Shown here: piece by piece, positions 19,770 to 29,330 of the stretch
How the letters are laid out: each line of letters starts with the position of its first letter
Numbering within the stretch: position 1 is the stretch's first letter
The notes under the pieces: model-generated
Seen by the model: only the letters and a program-made list of their open reading frames with translations
Databases searched by the model: none
Told to the model about the DNA's origin: nothing
Program-made: the position numbers and the translations under genes
Virus record (IMG/VR): IMGVR_UViG_3300027857_000001
Span: 71,302 to 135,301 of that record
Length of the DNA: 64,000 nucleotides
From: a virus
Reading direction: 5' to 3' (one strand)

Positions 19770-20196
19770 CCGGCACCTCCTCGCATTCGCGGGCGGTCAC
19801 CGCGGCACGCCCGTCCCGTGCGGCAGCACGCTCATCTCTCGCCGACGCAGCCAGTTCCTCCTGGTACCGCGTGATGGTCAGTCTCGGATGCACCGCCCAC
19901 CAGTCCAGCAGCTCCGGCGACGCATACAGCCGGGCCCTCCGCTCCGGCCCCGACCACAGCCCCTGCGGATCCACCCCCGCCTCGGTCCCGGCCCGGGACA
20001 GCAGCACCCCCCGGCACTCCGCCTCCGCCGCCAGGTACTGCGCATGCGCGGCAAGCCGCCACCCCTCCGCCACTGACTCACGCACCCGCCCTGCAGCCTC
20101 CAGGCGGTCCAGCCGGTCACACTCCGCCACGACGGCGTCATACACCGCTTTCAGCCCGGCCATATCCAGGCCCCGCAGCTCATCCACGACAGTCAC
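19770..20196 (-). CDS. actinobacterial phage/plasmid hypothetical domain (RARLYASPELLDWW) with no stop before the DUF3631 domain
   Basis: recognisable domain at the N-terminus of the 543-aa ORF; 3' boundary is approximate. Confidence 0.5.
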
Positions 20197-20302
20197 AGCA
20201 GCACCTCCACAGGAGCACGGTCAGGCCCGTGCCGCCAGCGGCGCAGGCAACACGGAACAGCAGGTCACACCCTCAAGCACACTTGAACAGGGGGCACCGG
20301 AA

Positions 20303-20944
20303 ATGACCACCCCCGCCGCCGGCAGCCCCGCCCGGGCCGGCAACACCCCGCCCCGCAACGGCCACGGCCGCTACATCCGCGCCATCCAGACCATCGACCG
20401 GGACCGCCGCGCCGCCGAACTCGTCACCCAGGGCTGGACATACGAGCAGGCCGCGAAAGAACTCGGCTACAGCGACCGCGGCGACACCTGGCGTGCCGTC
20501 CAGAAAATCCGCCAGGAAGCCGCACGACTCGACGGCACCAGCGAGGAAATCCGCCGCCAGCAGCTCGCCGAGCTCACCGAACTCCGCCGCCGCATCTGGG
20601 ACCAGCTCAACAACCCCCTCCCCGCCATCGACCGCCTCGGCCGCATCGTCCTCGACGGCAACGGCAACCCCGTCCCCGACGCCCAGGCCCTCACCGCAGC
20701 CGGAACCCTCCTCGTCCGCGTGAACGAGCGCATAGCCCGCATCCGCGGCACCGACGCCCCCCGCCGCGCCATCACCCTCACCGGACACACCGGACCCGAG
20801 GAAATCAGGGCATTCATCGCCAGCGCCAACCCCCAGGACCTCGCCGCAGCCATCGAGATGGTCCGCCGCGAAACCGAAGAAGCCGAACGCACAGCAGCCA
20901 CCCACGACAACCCGAAAGCCATCACCGCCACCGTCGAACCGTAA
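20303..20944 (+). CDS. probable terminase small subunit (HTH)
   Basis: RRAAELVTQGWTYEQAAKELGYS HTH; LVRVNERIARIRGTDAP resembles the actinophage TerS C-terminal motif. Confidence 0.6.
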   Translation: MTTPAAGSPARAGNTPPRNGHGRYIRAIQTIDRDRRAAELVTQGWTYEQAAKELGYSDRGDTWRAVQKIRQEAARLDGTSEEIRRQQLAELTELRRRIWDQLNNPLPAIDRLGRIVLDGNGNPVPDAQALTAAGTLLVRVNERIARIRGTDAPRRAITLTGHTGPEEIRAFIASANPQDLAAAIEMVRRETEEAERTAATHDNPKAITATVEP

Positions 20945-21167
20945 CCGCAGCCCAGCGGTTACCCCGGCAGCGAGTCACTCCGCGCACGGCGATGCACCCG
21001 GCCAGCCAGCAAGCCGCACACTAGCCCCGCAGCTCACAGCCATGTCCCGCCTGGCCGCCGGCCCGACGACCCCGGCAGAACACAACCCCGTGACCCTCCA
21101 GACCCCCCGTAAACCCTCCATCCGGCGATCCCGCTCACCAGCCTGCGCCCGCGGACCTCACGAGACG

Positions 21168-21206
21168 CGGACCACCGGAACCCTGACGCCGGACCACCGG
21201 AACCCT
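21168..21206 (+). repeat. 17-bp direct repeat CGGACCACCGGAACCCT x2
   Basis: copies at 21168-21184 and 21190-21206. Confidence 0.7.
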
Positions 21207-21292
21207 TGGGACAACGGCTGGCCGCGACAACTGGCTTCGCGGGTGATCAGCGGGCAGACGGCAGGTAAACCAGCAGGTCAGCGACCTCAGCC

Positions 21293-21478
21293 TTACCGGT
21301 CCCCGGCGTCCGCGGTGTCCCGGCGTGCCCGCAGCCTTGCCTCACCGGACGCGGCGAGCACCCGGCCGATTGCGTCGATCTGGTCCTGTGCGGTGTCCCT
21401 GACTTCGCGGAGCCGTTCCAGCTCGGCGTAGAGGCGTGCTACCTCCGGCTCGCCGAGGATGACGGTGGCGTCGCTCAT
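21293..21478 (-). CDS. small coiled-coil protein
   Basis: AGGAGGCAAGAA RBS, coupled to the RHH gene. Confidence 0.5.
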   Translation of the reverse strand: MSDATVILGEPEVARLYAELERLREVRDTAQDQIDAIGRVLAASGEARLRARRDTADAGDR

Positions 21479-21792
21479 TTCTTGCCTCCTGTTTCCGGGT
21501 GGCATACGCCGCATTTGCAGCCGGCCCGGTGGGCGGCGGTGACTGGCGCGGGGGTCCTGGCGGCTGGCTGTGGTGGTGATACAGGCTCAGCCGGGCCCGC
21601 GCTGGTGGTTATACGGGTGGTTATACCGGTGGTTATACGCGGGGCGTCCATGGCGAGCTTCTCCTCGATGGCGCTGACGACGTAGGCGGTCACGGTCACG
21701 TTCCGCTCGCCGGCGGCGGCCTTCAGGGATGCCATGAGGTCAGCCGGGATGCGGAATGCTGTCTGCGTGGTCTTGTGGATTCCGCTGGGCAT
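21475..21792 (-). CDS. ribbon-helix-helix (Arc/CopG-like) DNA-binding protein
   Basis: TQTAFRIPADLMASLKAAAGERNVTVTAYVVSAIEEKL. Confidence 0.7.
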   Translation of the reverse strand: MPSGIHKTTQTAFRIPADLMASLKAAAGERNVTVTAYVVSAIEEKLAMDAPRITTGITTRITTSAGPAEPVSPPQPAARTPAPVTAAHRAGCKCGVCHPETGGKK

Positions 21793-21979
21793 CGTCAGCG
21801 CCTGTTTCCGGACTTGCTCATCGCCGCCATTCCTCGTGTGGATGCCAGGGCAGTTCCTCTAGGCCCGCTGCGCTTGCGGCGGCTCCGTCCGGATGCCGCC
21901 TTGCCGTGCTCTTTCTGTATAACCACGCTAGAGCGGTGGTTATACGGTGTCAACCGGTGGTTATACAGGGTGGTTATAC
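21604..21979. repeat. seven copies of (G)GTGGTTATAC
   Basis: 21604, 21616, 21628 inside the RHH gene; 21917 (inverted), 21935, 21956, 21969 in its promoter. Confidence 0.85.
21925..21953 (-). promoter_or_regulatory. promoter TTGACA-N17-TAGCGT
   Basis: consensus -35 at 21948-21953 and -10 at 21925-21930, directed toward the RHH gene. Confidence 0.75.
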
Positions 21980-22256
21980 GGAGTCAGGCCCGGGTCTCTG
22001 CCCGGGCGGGGGCGCGGGTACCTGCTCCTCATCTGCCTCCTGGCGTGACTGCCGGCAGTCCCAGCACGGGCACCCGCGCTCGTGCGGCCAACTCAGGATA
22101 GAAATCGGTCACCGCTCCACTCCTTCCTGGTCGCACAGCACCTCCAGCTCCTCGGTGCTGAGATCGTCGAGCCCGCACGTGACCGCCAGCCGTTCTGCTG
22201 CCTCCTCGTGGCCGGCGCTCACCTCGGCGAGTATGGCCGATGCGCAGACGGCGTCG

Positions 22257-22514
22257 TCAGCGGTGAGGATCCGGGTCACGGCGATCATCGGCCCGGGAGA
22301 TGTCGTACTGGCCGTCCGGGTCGAGGGTGATCGCCCAGGCGGCCCGGTACATGCCGCCAGGGCCGTCCGAGTACGCGACCCTGGCGGGGCCGTCCCACAG
22401 CGGGGCGTTAACGCCCTTGTAGGGCTCTATCCGGGTGATGCGGTGCGGGACGCCGAGGAACCACAGGTCGTCTCCGGCCCGGACATCCTGGCCGCGGGTC
22501 CGCCGGATCGCCAT
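22257..22514 (-). CDS. hypothetical phage protein
   Basis: coupled small ORF in the leftward operon. Confidence 0.5.
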   Translation of the reverse strand: MAIRRTRGQDVRAGDDLWFLGVPHRITRIEPYKGVNAPLWDGPARVAYSDGPGGMYRAAWAITLDPDGQYDISRADDRRDPDPHR

Positions 22515-22756
22515 CAGCCCTCCCACGGCGTAAAGACGCTCAGGCTCACGGTCCCGCCAGGCGCCAGCTTGCCCTCGGCGTCGTACAGGCCGCCGTCCGG
22601 GTGCCGGTCCCGCTTCGAGTGCCCCAGCCCGGTGATCCGGCCCGGGACCTGGTCCCCGGCTGCGAGGCCGCAGGCGTTCGGGTATACCGGCTCGACGGCT
22701 ACCCGCCAGTCCTGCGGCTCGTCCTTCAGTGCCTCGATCAGTTCGGCCACAGTCAT
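22514..22756 (-). CDS. hypothetical phage protein (MTVAELIEAL)
   Basis: GAGGAGG RBS; common phage N-terminus. Confidence 0.6.
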   Translation of the reverse strand: MTVAELIEALKDEPQDWRVAVEPVYPNACGLAAGDQVPGRITGLGHSKRDRHPDGGLYDAEGKLAPGGTVSLSVFTPWEG

Positions 22757-22822
22757 GTCAAGTCCTCCTCGTTCCCAGCAGGGTCATCATGCTCGTCCGG
22801 TGCGGCCCACATGGCCATCACG

Positions 22823-23047
22823 TCAGCGCACCTCCAGCCGGATCGCATCGCCCAGCCCGGCCAGCAGGTTCGGTACGGTGCGGGTGCCGGCACCGCGCCT
22901 GTAAGTGTTCTGGTTGATCCAGACCAGCGCGCCGATGCGCTCCATCGACTCAAGGTCCGGGATGTCCGTCTTGTGACTGCGGACCTTATACGTCGTGCCG
23001 TCGTAAGTGACGGCCGGCTTCGGTGTGCCCTTGAGTGTCACCGTCAC
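22823..23047 (-). CDS. hypothetical phage protein
   Basis: GTG after AGGAGG, GTGA overlap. Confidence 0.5.
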   Translation of the reverse strand: MTVTLKGTPKPAVTYDGTTYKVRSHKTDIPDLESMERIGALVWINQNTYRRGAGTRTVPNLLAGLGDAIRLEVR

Positions 23048-23175
23048 GCCTCCTGCCCGCTTGCGGCTCTCCTGTCGGACTGAGCGCTGAACCGGTGGTC
23101 CCGCAGGTACAGCAGGTCCTCGCAGGTGCCGATCTTGATCCGGCGCCGGCGGTACAGCGCGTACTCGCCCATCAT
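23044..23175 (-). CDS. short hypothetical (KIGTCEDLLYLR), possibly truncated
   Basis: AGGAGG RBS; only 43 aa. Confidence 0.4.
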   Translation of the reverse strand: MMGEYALYRRRRIKIGTCEDLLYLRDHRFSAQSDRRAASGQEA

Positions 23176-23435
23176 GTCCTCCTTGCCGCGGCGATGATCG
23201 CCGCTGACGCATGCCTGATGTCGTTGTCGTCGCTTTCGGCCCACGCCTGGAACGCGGCCTCAGCCGCCGGCGACCGCTCGCAGATGACATCGATCAGGAC
23301 ACGCCGGGCGAACCGCTCAGCGTCATCGAGCTTCTTCTTGCGGTCCATCAGCGCGAGCCCGTCAGCCAGCATCCGCAGCGGACGCTGGCTGAGCAGTGCC
23401 CGCATCTTCTCCTCGGCGTGCTCGCGGGTGGTCAT
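23172..23435 (-). CDS. hypothetical helical protein
   Basis: ATGA-coupled to DUF932. Confidence 0.55.
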   Translation of the reverse strand: MTTREHAEEKMRALLSQRPLRMLADGLALMDRKKKLDDAERFARRVLIDVICERSPAAEAAFQAWAESDDNDIRHASAAIIAAARRT

Positions 23436-24529
23436 GCCGCGAGTTCCAGCGGGCGCCCGAGGACGGTGCCGAGGGTGGCGAGCGTCGCGCCGTCGAGGGC
23501 GTCGGTCCGTCCCTGGACGGCGTTGAGCATGTTCCGCTCGGCACGGACGGCGCCCCGGACGGTGCCCATGTGGTGGGCGTAGGTGTTGACGGCCTGCACG
23601 ACTCCCCACGCGGTGCCGTTCCACGGCGCGACCCTCTGGTCGTAGGTGTACAGGCGGTGCAGGTCGCCGCGCTTGCTCTCCGCCATGGTCCGGGACCGGC
23701 CGGGCTGCGCCGGGACGGGCACGTGCGCGTCGAGGAACCTCGACCACTCGGTTCGGGACACGCCGGTGGCGCACAGCTGCGCGACTTCAGCGGCGAAGTC
23801 GTCCGTGATCTCGTGGATGACGCTGAGAGCCTGCCTGGCCTCGGTCAGCTTCAGGTGGCTGTACCGGGAGTGCCGGATCTTCAGCTGCTGGCCGCGCTCA
23901 CCCATGGCGATTCCGTGGGTGTTGTCGCACACGACGTTGGTGACCTTCCGGCCGAACGTCGTCGACAGCGACCCGTCGAACGAGGTGGTCGCTAGCAGGT
24001 AGGGGCGGAACTCGACCCCTTCGGGGAGCTTCACGTTCTCGGGCATCTCAACGGACACCCAGGCGATCGCGCCGTCGCGGAGCAGCCCGGCGGACCCGAT
24101 CTGCAGGTCGTCGTCCAGGATGCTGGCGACTGTGGTGAGCAGCCACCGGTCGTACGGGTGCTTCTCGTACCCGTCGGTGAACAGGCCCATCACGTGGCCC
24201 GTGTCGGACCGCGCGATGGCCTGCCGGTGCTCTTCGTGCTTCAGGCCCAGCGACCGGAGCACGTACGCCTTCGCCTCCTCGGCGGTCGGCTGGGCAATCA
24301 GCTCCCCGATGTCCAGGGTGACGTCGCCGGGCCGGCGCACGTACACTTCCCACGACTCGGCGTCCCACCCGAACAGGCGGCGCCGGACGTCGCCGACCGG
24401 GACCGCGCCGGGATAGTGGTTGGGCTCGCCGCCCTGCAGGTCGGCCCGGTAATGCCAGGCGCTGCCCCGCTTGTCCGTGAACCCGACGAGAACGTTGCTG
24501 TTCAGCCACTCCATGGTTTCCCTAGACAT
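23432..24529 (-). CDS. DUF932-family phage/plasmid protein
   Basis: SAGLLRDGAIAWV, YLLATTSFDGS, VVCDNT, GTAWGVVQAVNTYAHH. Confidence 0.88.
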   Translation of the reverse strand: MSRETMEWLNSNVLVGFTDKRGSAWHYRADLQGGEPNHYPGAVPVGDVRRRLFGWDAESWEVYVRRPGDVTLDIGELIAQPTAEEAKAYVLRSLGLKHEEHRQAIARSDTGHVMGLFTDGYEKHPYDRWLLTTVASILDDDLQIGSAGLLRDGAIAWVSVEMPENVKLPEGVEFRPYLLATTSFDGSLSTTFGRKVTNVVCDNTHGIAMGERGQQLKIRHSRYSHLKLTEARQALSVIHEITDDFAAEVAQLCATGVSRTEWSRFLDAHVPVPAQPGRSRTMAESKRGDLHRLYTYDQRVAPWNGTAWGVVQAVNTYAHHMGTVRGAVRAERNMLNAVQGRTDALDGATLATLGTVLGRPLELAA

Positions 24530-24624
24530 AGCTGTCTCCTTCCGGATCGTGACCGCCCCTTGACGGGCGCGCCACGCGCACGAGCCAGGCCCGTTCGCGC
24601 GCCGGCGTGCCAGTCAGGACCAGC

Positions 24625-24918
24625 TCACGGCGTGACCGGCCGCCGGCTCGTGATCAGGTCCCGCCATGCTGCGGTCAGCGCAGCGAACTGCCCGCCGGTG
24701 CGCCACCGCGTGGTCACCTGAAACCCGTAGTCGGCCGCTGTCACGTCGTTTATGCGGAGCACGCCGAGCGCCAGGTCGTAGCTGCCGTACAGCTGCCCGA
24801 GCAGGCAGCGGGCCGTGTCGCCCAGGTCCAGGCGGTCAAGGTCCAGGCGGTCTGGCCAGCCGGGGCAGAGCTGGTCGAGCATTCCGGCGCCGCGGGCTAC
24901 AGCGGCGGTAGCGGTCAT
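24625..24918 (-). CDS. hypothetical phage protein
   Basis: GAGMLDQLCPGW..LDLG..CLLGQLYGSY. Confidence 0.6.
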   Translation of the reverse strand: MTATAAVARGAGMLDQLCPGWPDRLDLDRLDLGDTARCLLGQLYGSYDLALGVLRINDVTAADYGFQVTTRWRTGGQFAALTAAWRDLITSRRPVTP

Positions 24919-25196
24919 GGCGATGCCTCCGTCTCCCCGGTAGTGTCCGGGTCGATGCCGCGGGCGGTCATCTGCTCGCACAGGTACTGGACGACGTCGC
25001 CGCCGTTCCACGATTCGCCGAGGTCACGGTTGAACGTGATGGCGAGGTCCCGCAGCCATCTCGTGACCGCGCCGCACTCCCGGCAGTCCCGGACCTTCGC
25101 GGGGGCGCCGTTGATGACAGCGTCATGCACCCGCTCGCACGTGCACGCCATGGGGGTAGCGGCCGGGATGCCGCTGCTGGTGTCCATGACGGTCAC
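24915..25196 (-). CDS. hypothetical protein
   Basis: coupled small ORF with CxxC. Confidence 0.5.
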   Translation of the reverse strand: MTVMDTSSGIPAATPMACTCERVHDAVINGAPAKVRDCRECGAVTRWLRDLAITFNRDLGESWNGGDVVQYLCEQMTARGIDPDTTGETEASP

Positions 25197-25381
25197 CAGG
25201 CGCCGGCAGGCTCAAGGAACCTGGCCGGCAGGCTCGTCACGGTGCCGTCACTGAGACGGATACCGACCCGGGCACCCACCGTCACCACGGTGGCCTCCCG
25301 GTAGCCGGCCACCCACAGCGACGTGGCCGGGCTCGTCCGGACACGCATGCCCGGCACGAAATCAGCAGCGATACTGAACAT
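25193..25381 (-). CDS. small SH3/KOW-like hypothetical protein
   Basis: PGMRVRT...ATVVTVG.RVGIRLSDG. Confidence 0.45.
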   Translation of the reverse strand: MFSIAADFVPGMRVRTSPATSLWVAGYREATVVTVGARVGIRLSDGTVTSLPARFLEPAGAW

Positions 25382-25476
25382 CAGGGGTTACCTCCTCACC
25401 CTCACCTCCCGCACGATGCGGGACGCCAGGGCAAGGCAGGACCGCGCCGCCGCATGAGCGGTCCTGCCCCGCGTTT

Positions 25477-25839
25477 CTAGCCTCTGACCTGGATCAGGTC
25501 GTAAGCGTCGTACGTCTGCGTCTCGATCCCGTGCCGGAAGCAGCGGCCGACCCAGCAGATCCACGTCTGGCCGCCCAGGATGCTGCCGTTCACTGCGCGC
25601 ATCCGGGCGCCGTCGGCTCGCTCGTCGGTGAAGTGCACGGCAGCGACTGGCAGGGTGATGAGGCCCGTATTCACGTCGCGGCCAGCCACGCGGAGCGCGG
25701 CCTCGGCGGCGGCCAGGTCCCCCGGCCGGTCTTCGCGCCGCGCGAACCTGCCGGCCGCCTCACGGTAGGCCGCTACCGCCTGATCAAGCGCGGCCAGCTG
25801 CCCCGCGCTCATGGTGCCTGTGCCGTTCACTGCTGCCAC
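25477..25839 (-). CDS. hypothetical protein
   Basis: leftward operon ORF. Confidence 0.5.
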   Translation of the reverse strand: MAAVNGTGTMSAGQLAALDQAVAAYREAAGRFARREDRPGDLAAAEAALRVAGRDVNTGLITLPVAAVHFTDERADGARMRAVNGSILGGQTWICWVGRCFRHGIETQTYDAYDLIQVRG

Positions 25840-26087
25840 CCGCGCTGAGGCGCGTCCGGATCCTGCGCCGCTATCCGCTGGAGACGGATCGCCTCACGGG
25901 TCTTCCGCGCGAGGAATTCCCACGTGTCCGGGCACTCGCCGCACGTGCACGCCTCCCCGGTCATCCCGGTGTCCGGGCACGTGCTGGCACTGAACGCGTC
26001 CCCCGCGCGGAAAGCCTCACGCAGCTTGCCGCCTGCCTTCACCCACGCCGCGTCGGCGGCAGCGATAACGGCTGCATCGGCGGTCAC
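25827..26087 (-). CDS. hypothetical protein
   Basis: GTG 26087 overlaps the upstream stop. Confidence 0.45.
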   Translation of the reverse strand: MTADAAVIAAADAAWVKAGGKLREAFRAGDAFSASTCPDTGMTGEACTCGECPDTWEFLARKTREAIRLQRIAAQDPDAPQRGWQQ

Positions 26088-26332
26088 GGCACTACCACCC
26101 TGCCGTCGGTCGTGAAGGCCACAACCGGTGTACTGCTGTCGTGCCGGAAGGACATCCGGCCCCGCGCTGCGACCTGCCCGGAATCCCAGTAGCGGGTAAA
26201 CCGCCACTCGTCATAGCCGGCGTTCCGGCCGGTCCGCTCCTCCAGGTACAGCGCCTGCCCGTTCACAACGACGCAGTCACCCGGCGACAGGTCCGGTACC
26301 GGCTTGCTGATGACGCACACTCGTGCAGCCAC
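26084..26332 (-). CDS. hypothetical protein
   Basis: AGAGGAG RBS. Confidence 0.5.
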   Translation of the reverse strand: MAARVCVISKPVPDLSPGDCVVVNGQALYLEERTGRNAGYDEWRFTRYWDSGQVAARGRMSFRHDSSTPVVAFTTDGRVVVP

Positions 26333-26347
26333 GGGACTGTCTCCTCT

Positions 26348-26770
26348 CTAGTCGCAGCATCCGCAGCACGGCGCGTCCTCGCACCGGCCGTGCCGCTCGG
26401 TCATCCGGGCACCAGACGACGTGTACGCATAGCGGCGCCCCTCATGCTCCGCCCGGGCCGCCGCGAGCGCTGCCCGCGACGCGATCCGGTCATGCTCCGA
26501 ACCGGGACCGCCAGGGCCGCCGAAACCGCCCTCGCGGTTCCTCTGGTCCGTCGAGTCCGGGCATCCGCCCACATACAGGCCGGACACGGGCGACCCGGCC
26601 CATTCGGCGTCGGTGTGCGTCACCGACCACCCGCCTGACTCCTCGCGGTACAGCAGGCCGCCGTAGGCTGGAACCTCAACGTGACACCACCGGCAGCCGT
26701 CCGGGCGACGGTTCGGCCTGTACACCAGCCCGGGCGTTATAGCTTGCCGGCGCCGTCGCTGATAGGGCAT
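26348..26770 (-). CDS. Cys-rich hypothetical protein (C-terminal GRCEDAPCCGCC)
   Basis: GAGAGGAG RBS; first clear ORF of the leftward operon. Confidence 0.6.
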   Translation of the reverse strand: MPYQRRRRQAITPGLVYRPNRRPDGCRWCHVEVPAYGGLLYREESGGWSVTHTDAEWAGSPVSGLYVGGCPDSTDQRNREGGFGGPGGPGSEHDRIASRAALAAARAEHEGRRYAYTSSGARMTERHGRCEDAPCCGCCD

Positions 26771-27854
26771 CGCAGTCTCCTCTCGCTCGCATCAGGGTCA
26801 AGTACTTCCATGCGTGCCGCCGTCGCCTTCTGAGGGCTGTCACCCGTTGCCTCCCGCGACCAGGTCGCGGTGCTAGTGAGAACGGCGGCTGGACAGCACT
26901 GCGCGCGGCCAGCTCGCTAACACGAGCCCACCGCGCGGCACCATCCGAAGAAGTAATCTGAGCAAAGGTTCACCAGCCACGTTCCGCTACGCGTTCAGTG
27001 GCCGGCCAGGATGTCGCATACGCGCAAGAGCTCACCTCACGCCATCCCTTCTGATGTTTTTCTGGCGCGGTCCCGTGCGGTCCCGCCGGCGTGGCTGATC
27101 TCGCCGGCACTGGGTCACCCGATAGGGATTCCATTGTCTTAGTTCGCGCCGCCAGCACCTGAGAAGGGGACACGTCAACCCTCTTTGCGGCACTGGCCCC
27201 CGGACAGACTCCGGGGCGTGTTATTGAAGAATGGCACAACCAGACGTGCTACTGGTCTACGTCGCTTCCATGCCCACCGTGGTAATCCACGCGCACAAGG
27301 GCAGGATGTTCGTGCAAGCCACCGAAACAGGACTGGCCAGAGGTCTTGCTGCCACGCCAGCGGGAATTACCCGGCCAGCGCTGTCCTGCTAAGGCACCCC
27401 CTGCATTAAATCCCCGCAAGTCTAATACGGGATGCAGGATTGCGGCCGTACCTGGCATGCGCTATGCACCGCGCTTATCTGTTCTCAGCCAGGTTGCCTA
27501 GATCGTCAGTCGATCCGCCTATTACTGATGTCATGCCCACCGGTCACGGGACCGTCCCGCGCATAGCCCGGCATGTGTCCACGGTGGCGGGCCTCGCGGC
27601 GCGTGTCCCCTAGCCATCGGGGAGCCACTCTGTCGAACAGTGAAGTCCGTACATGAGCCGCACGTAAGGGGAGCTGGTGACCGTGGCGAGTCGTCAGACA
27701 GGCGTGTCGGTCGGTAGCGCGCCGGCCGTGCGGCCGTCTAGCTGATTCAGTTGTCCGGCCAGCTCTCCCGCTGGTACCCATCACGCTCCTGCGTGGTTCC
27801 GGTACCGGCCGGGGGGCCGGCCCGCCGGTCCGGCGAACCGGTCCGACACGAAGA

Positions 27855-27883
27855 ACACTACCGCCTAGACGGTATACCGTCAA
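27855..27883 (-). promoter_or_regulatory. leftward promoter TTGACG-N17-TAGTGT with palindrome GACGGTATACCGTC over the -35
   Basis: -35 at 27878-27883, -10 at 27855-27860, palindrome 27868-27881. Confidence 0.7.
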
Positions 27884-28077
27884 GACGGTAGAGTCACGGA
27901 ATGGTAACGGTAGGGTCGCGACACGGTAACGGTGATCGATCGACGGCCGCGCACCGCGCAGCCCAGCCTCAGAAGCAGACACCCTCTCTCATATCACGCA
28001 AAAGGGACAAAACGGTCAGAATGCCGGCCACCCTGGAAGATTTCGCGTGGCGTTCTCGCTCTCCCCTCAAGGCCGCC

Positions 28078-28106
28078 TGGACGGTATACCGCCATTGCGG
28101 TATCAT
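28078..28106 (+). promoter_or_regulatory. rightward promoter TGGACG-N17-TATCAT with near-palindrome GACGGTATACCGCC
   Basis: -10 lies 6 nt before ATG 28113; second operator copy at 28080-28093. Confidence 0.7.
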
Positions 28107-28112
28107 GTGCTC

Positions 28113-28310
28113 ATGACTGACCCGAGCAAGACGAGCGTGCACCTGTCTCCCGAACTGAAGGCCAGGATGGCCGTTCTCGGCCTGAAGCCCGCGAGGGCTA
28201 TCGAGCTTGGCGTCGGCGTCGCGGAGCAGGACAGCCGGGAGACGCTTGAGGCGATGCTCCGCAGGGTGGTGCGCGAGGAGCTCAGGGACGCGGGGGTCCT
28301 GCCGCGGTAG
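28113..28310 (+). CDS. small leaderless RHH-like repressor candidate
   Basis: KTSVHLSPELKARMAVLG; start set by promoter geometry. Confidence 0.6.
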   Translation: MTDPSKTSVHLSPELKARMAVLGLKPARAIELGVGVAEQDSRETLEAMLRRVVREELRDAGVLPR

Positions 28311-28573
28311 TGCCTGTGCGGGCCGGGCAGGCAGGGCGGATCGCGTTGCCAGGCGTCCTCGTCCGCGAGGGCCTGGCGCGCGGCAGCGACGATGCGGCGC
28401 AGCTTTGCCGTCTCGGTCACCGCCCGGTCACGTTCGGCCAGCGCCCTCTCGAGCCGCTTCTTCAGTTCCACGCCGGCCTTCGCCTGCTGCACGGCACGGA
28501 TCGCCCGCCCGGACCGCGGTCAGCACGCTTGAGGTGTGTGCGTCGCAGCCGGGGCATGTCATCTTGTCGCTCA
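28307..28573 (-). pseudogene. probable frameshifted phage gene (CPGCDAHTSS Zn motif, then a coiled coil in another frame)
   Basis: VSDKMTCPGCDAHTSSVLTAVRAGDPC and QQAKAGVELKKRLERALAERD are in different frames, joined at CCGTGCCGTGC; bounds approximate. Confidence 0.35.
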
Positions 28574-28758
28574 CGGCCGTTCCTCCGGATCTTCCGGGTG
28601 CCAGTAGCAGCCGGGGTCTTGAGGCAGCGAGGAGAGGGCCGGCATCGCGCGCATGCTGGCCGGCGGGGCCACGCACATGCACGGCTGAGGATGCCAGCCC
28701 GCATTGCCGCAGAAGGTGTACGGCCCGTCCTGGCAGATCCGGCCGCGAGTGGTGACGG

Positions 28759-29244
28759 TCAAGGCATCCAGCTCTGCTGGTAGTCGGGGTGGCTGCTCCA
28801 GGTGGCGGCCACTGCTCTCATGGTCGGGCATGGCCAGTTGTCGGGGCGGCCGGAGTTATCGCACTCGTGGCAGATGAAAGCGGCCCGCTCGATGCCGTCA
28901 CCGTCGAGGTAGTCGTCGCTGACCATGTAGTGCAGCGCGACGATCGCCCGCATCGCCGAGGTCGCGGCCAGTACGCGTGCCGGGTCGTGGCGGGCGATGT
29001 GCGTGGCGGGCCGTCCTCCGCGGACGCTGTCGCGTGCTATCAGGATGCGATCCCAGTCGCCGGCGAAGACCGACTCGTAATCCTCCGAGCGATGGTTATC
29101 GAACGCGTGATGCTGGCGACCGCCGCGCCGCCACTCCAGCGTGTGCGGCCCGTCATTGTGCTCGGTAGCTCGCGCTACCGCCTCATCCTCGTCGAGGCGC
29201 GCGGCGAGGAACTCGGTCAGGCTCGGTACGGTCACGGCTTCCAT
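28759..29244 (-). CDS. DUF6221-like actinophage protein
   Basis: LTEFLAARLDEDEA...HIARHDPARVL...WPCPTMRAVA..HPDY. Confidence 0.8.
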   Translation of the reverse strand: MEAVTVPSLTEFLAARLDEDEAVARATEHNDGPHTLEWRRGGRQHHAFDNHRSEDYESVFAGDWDRILIARDSVRGGRPATHIARHDPARVLAATSAMRAIVALHYMVSDDYLDGDGIERAAFICHECDNSGRPDNWPCPTMRAVAATWSSHPDYQQSWMP

Positions 29245-29330
29245 GAAATCACGCCGACACATGCCTGCGGGTTGCGCCGGCATGCCTTCCCGCCTGCTCA
29301 TTCCCTGGAGGTGGCCATGCCGTCTCCTCC

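Noticed and set aside
21604-21979. GGTGGTTATAC repeats as a CRISPR array
   Set aside because: Repeats are 11 bp with 1-10 bp gaps, overlap a promoter and a CDS, and have no cas genes
21980-22110. Possible frameshifted small gene (VTDFYPE / WPHERGCPCWDC)
   Set aside because: Too short to support without homologues
27680-27720. CTGACGA on the minus strand as a hammerhead ribozyme core
   Set aside because: No matching GAAA or stems nearby
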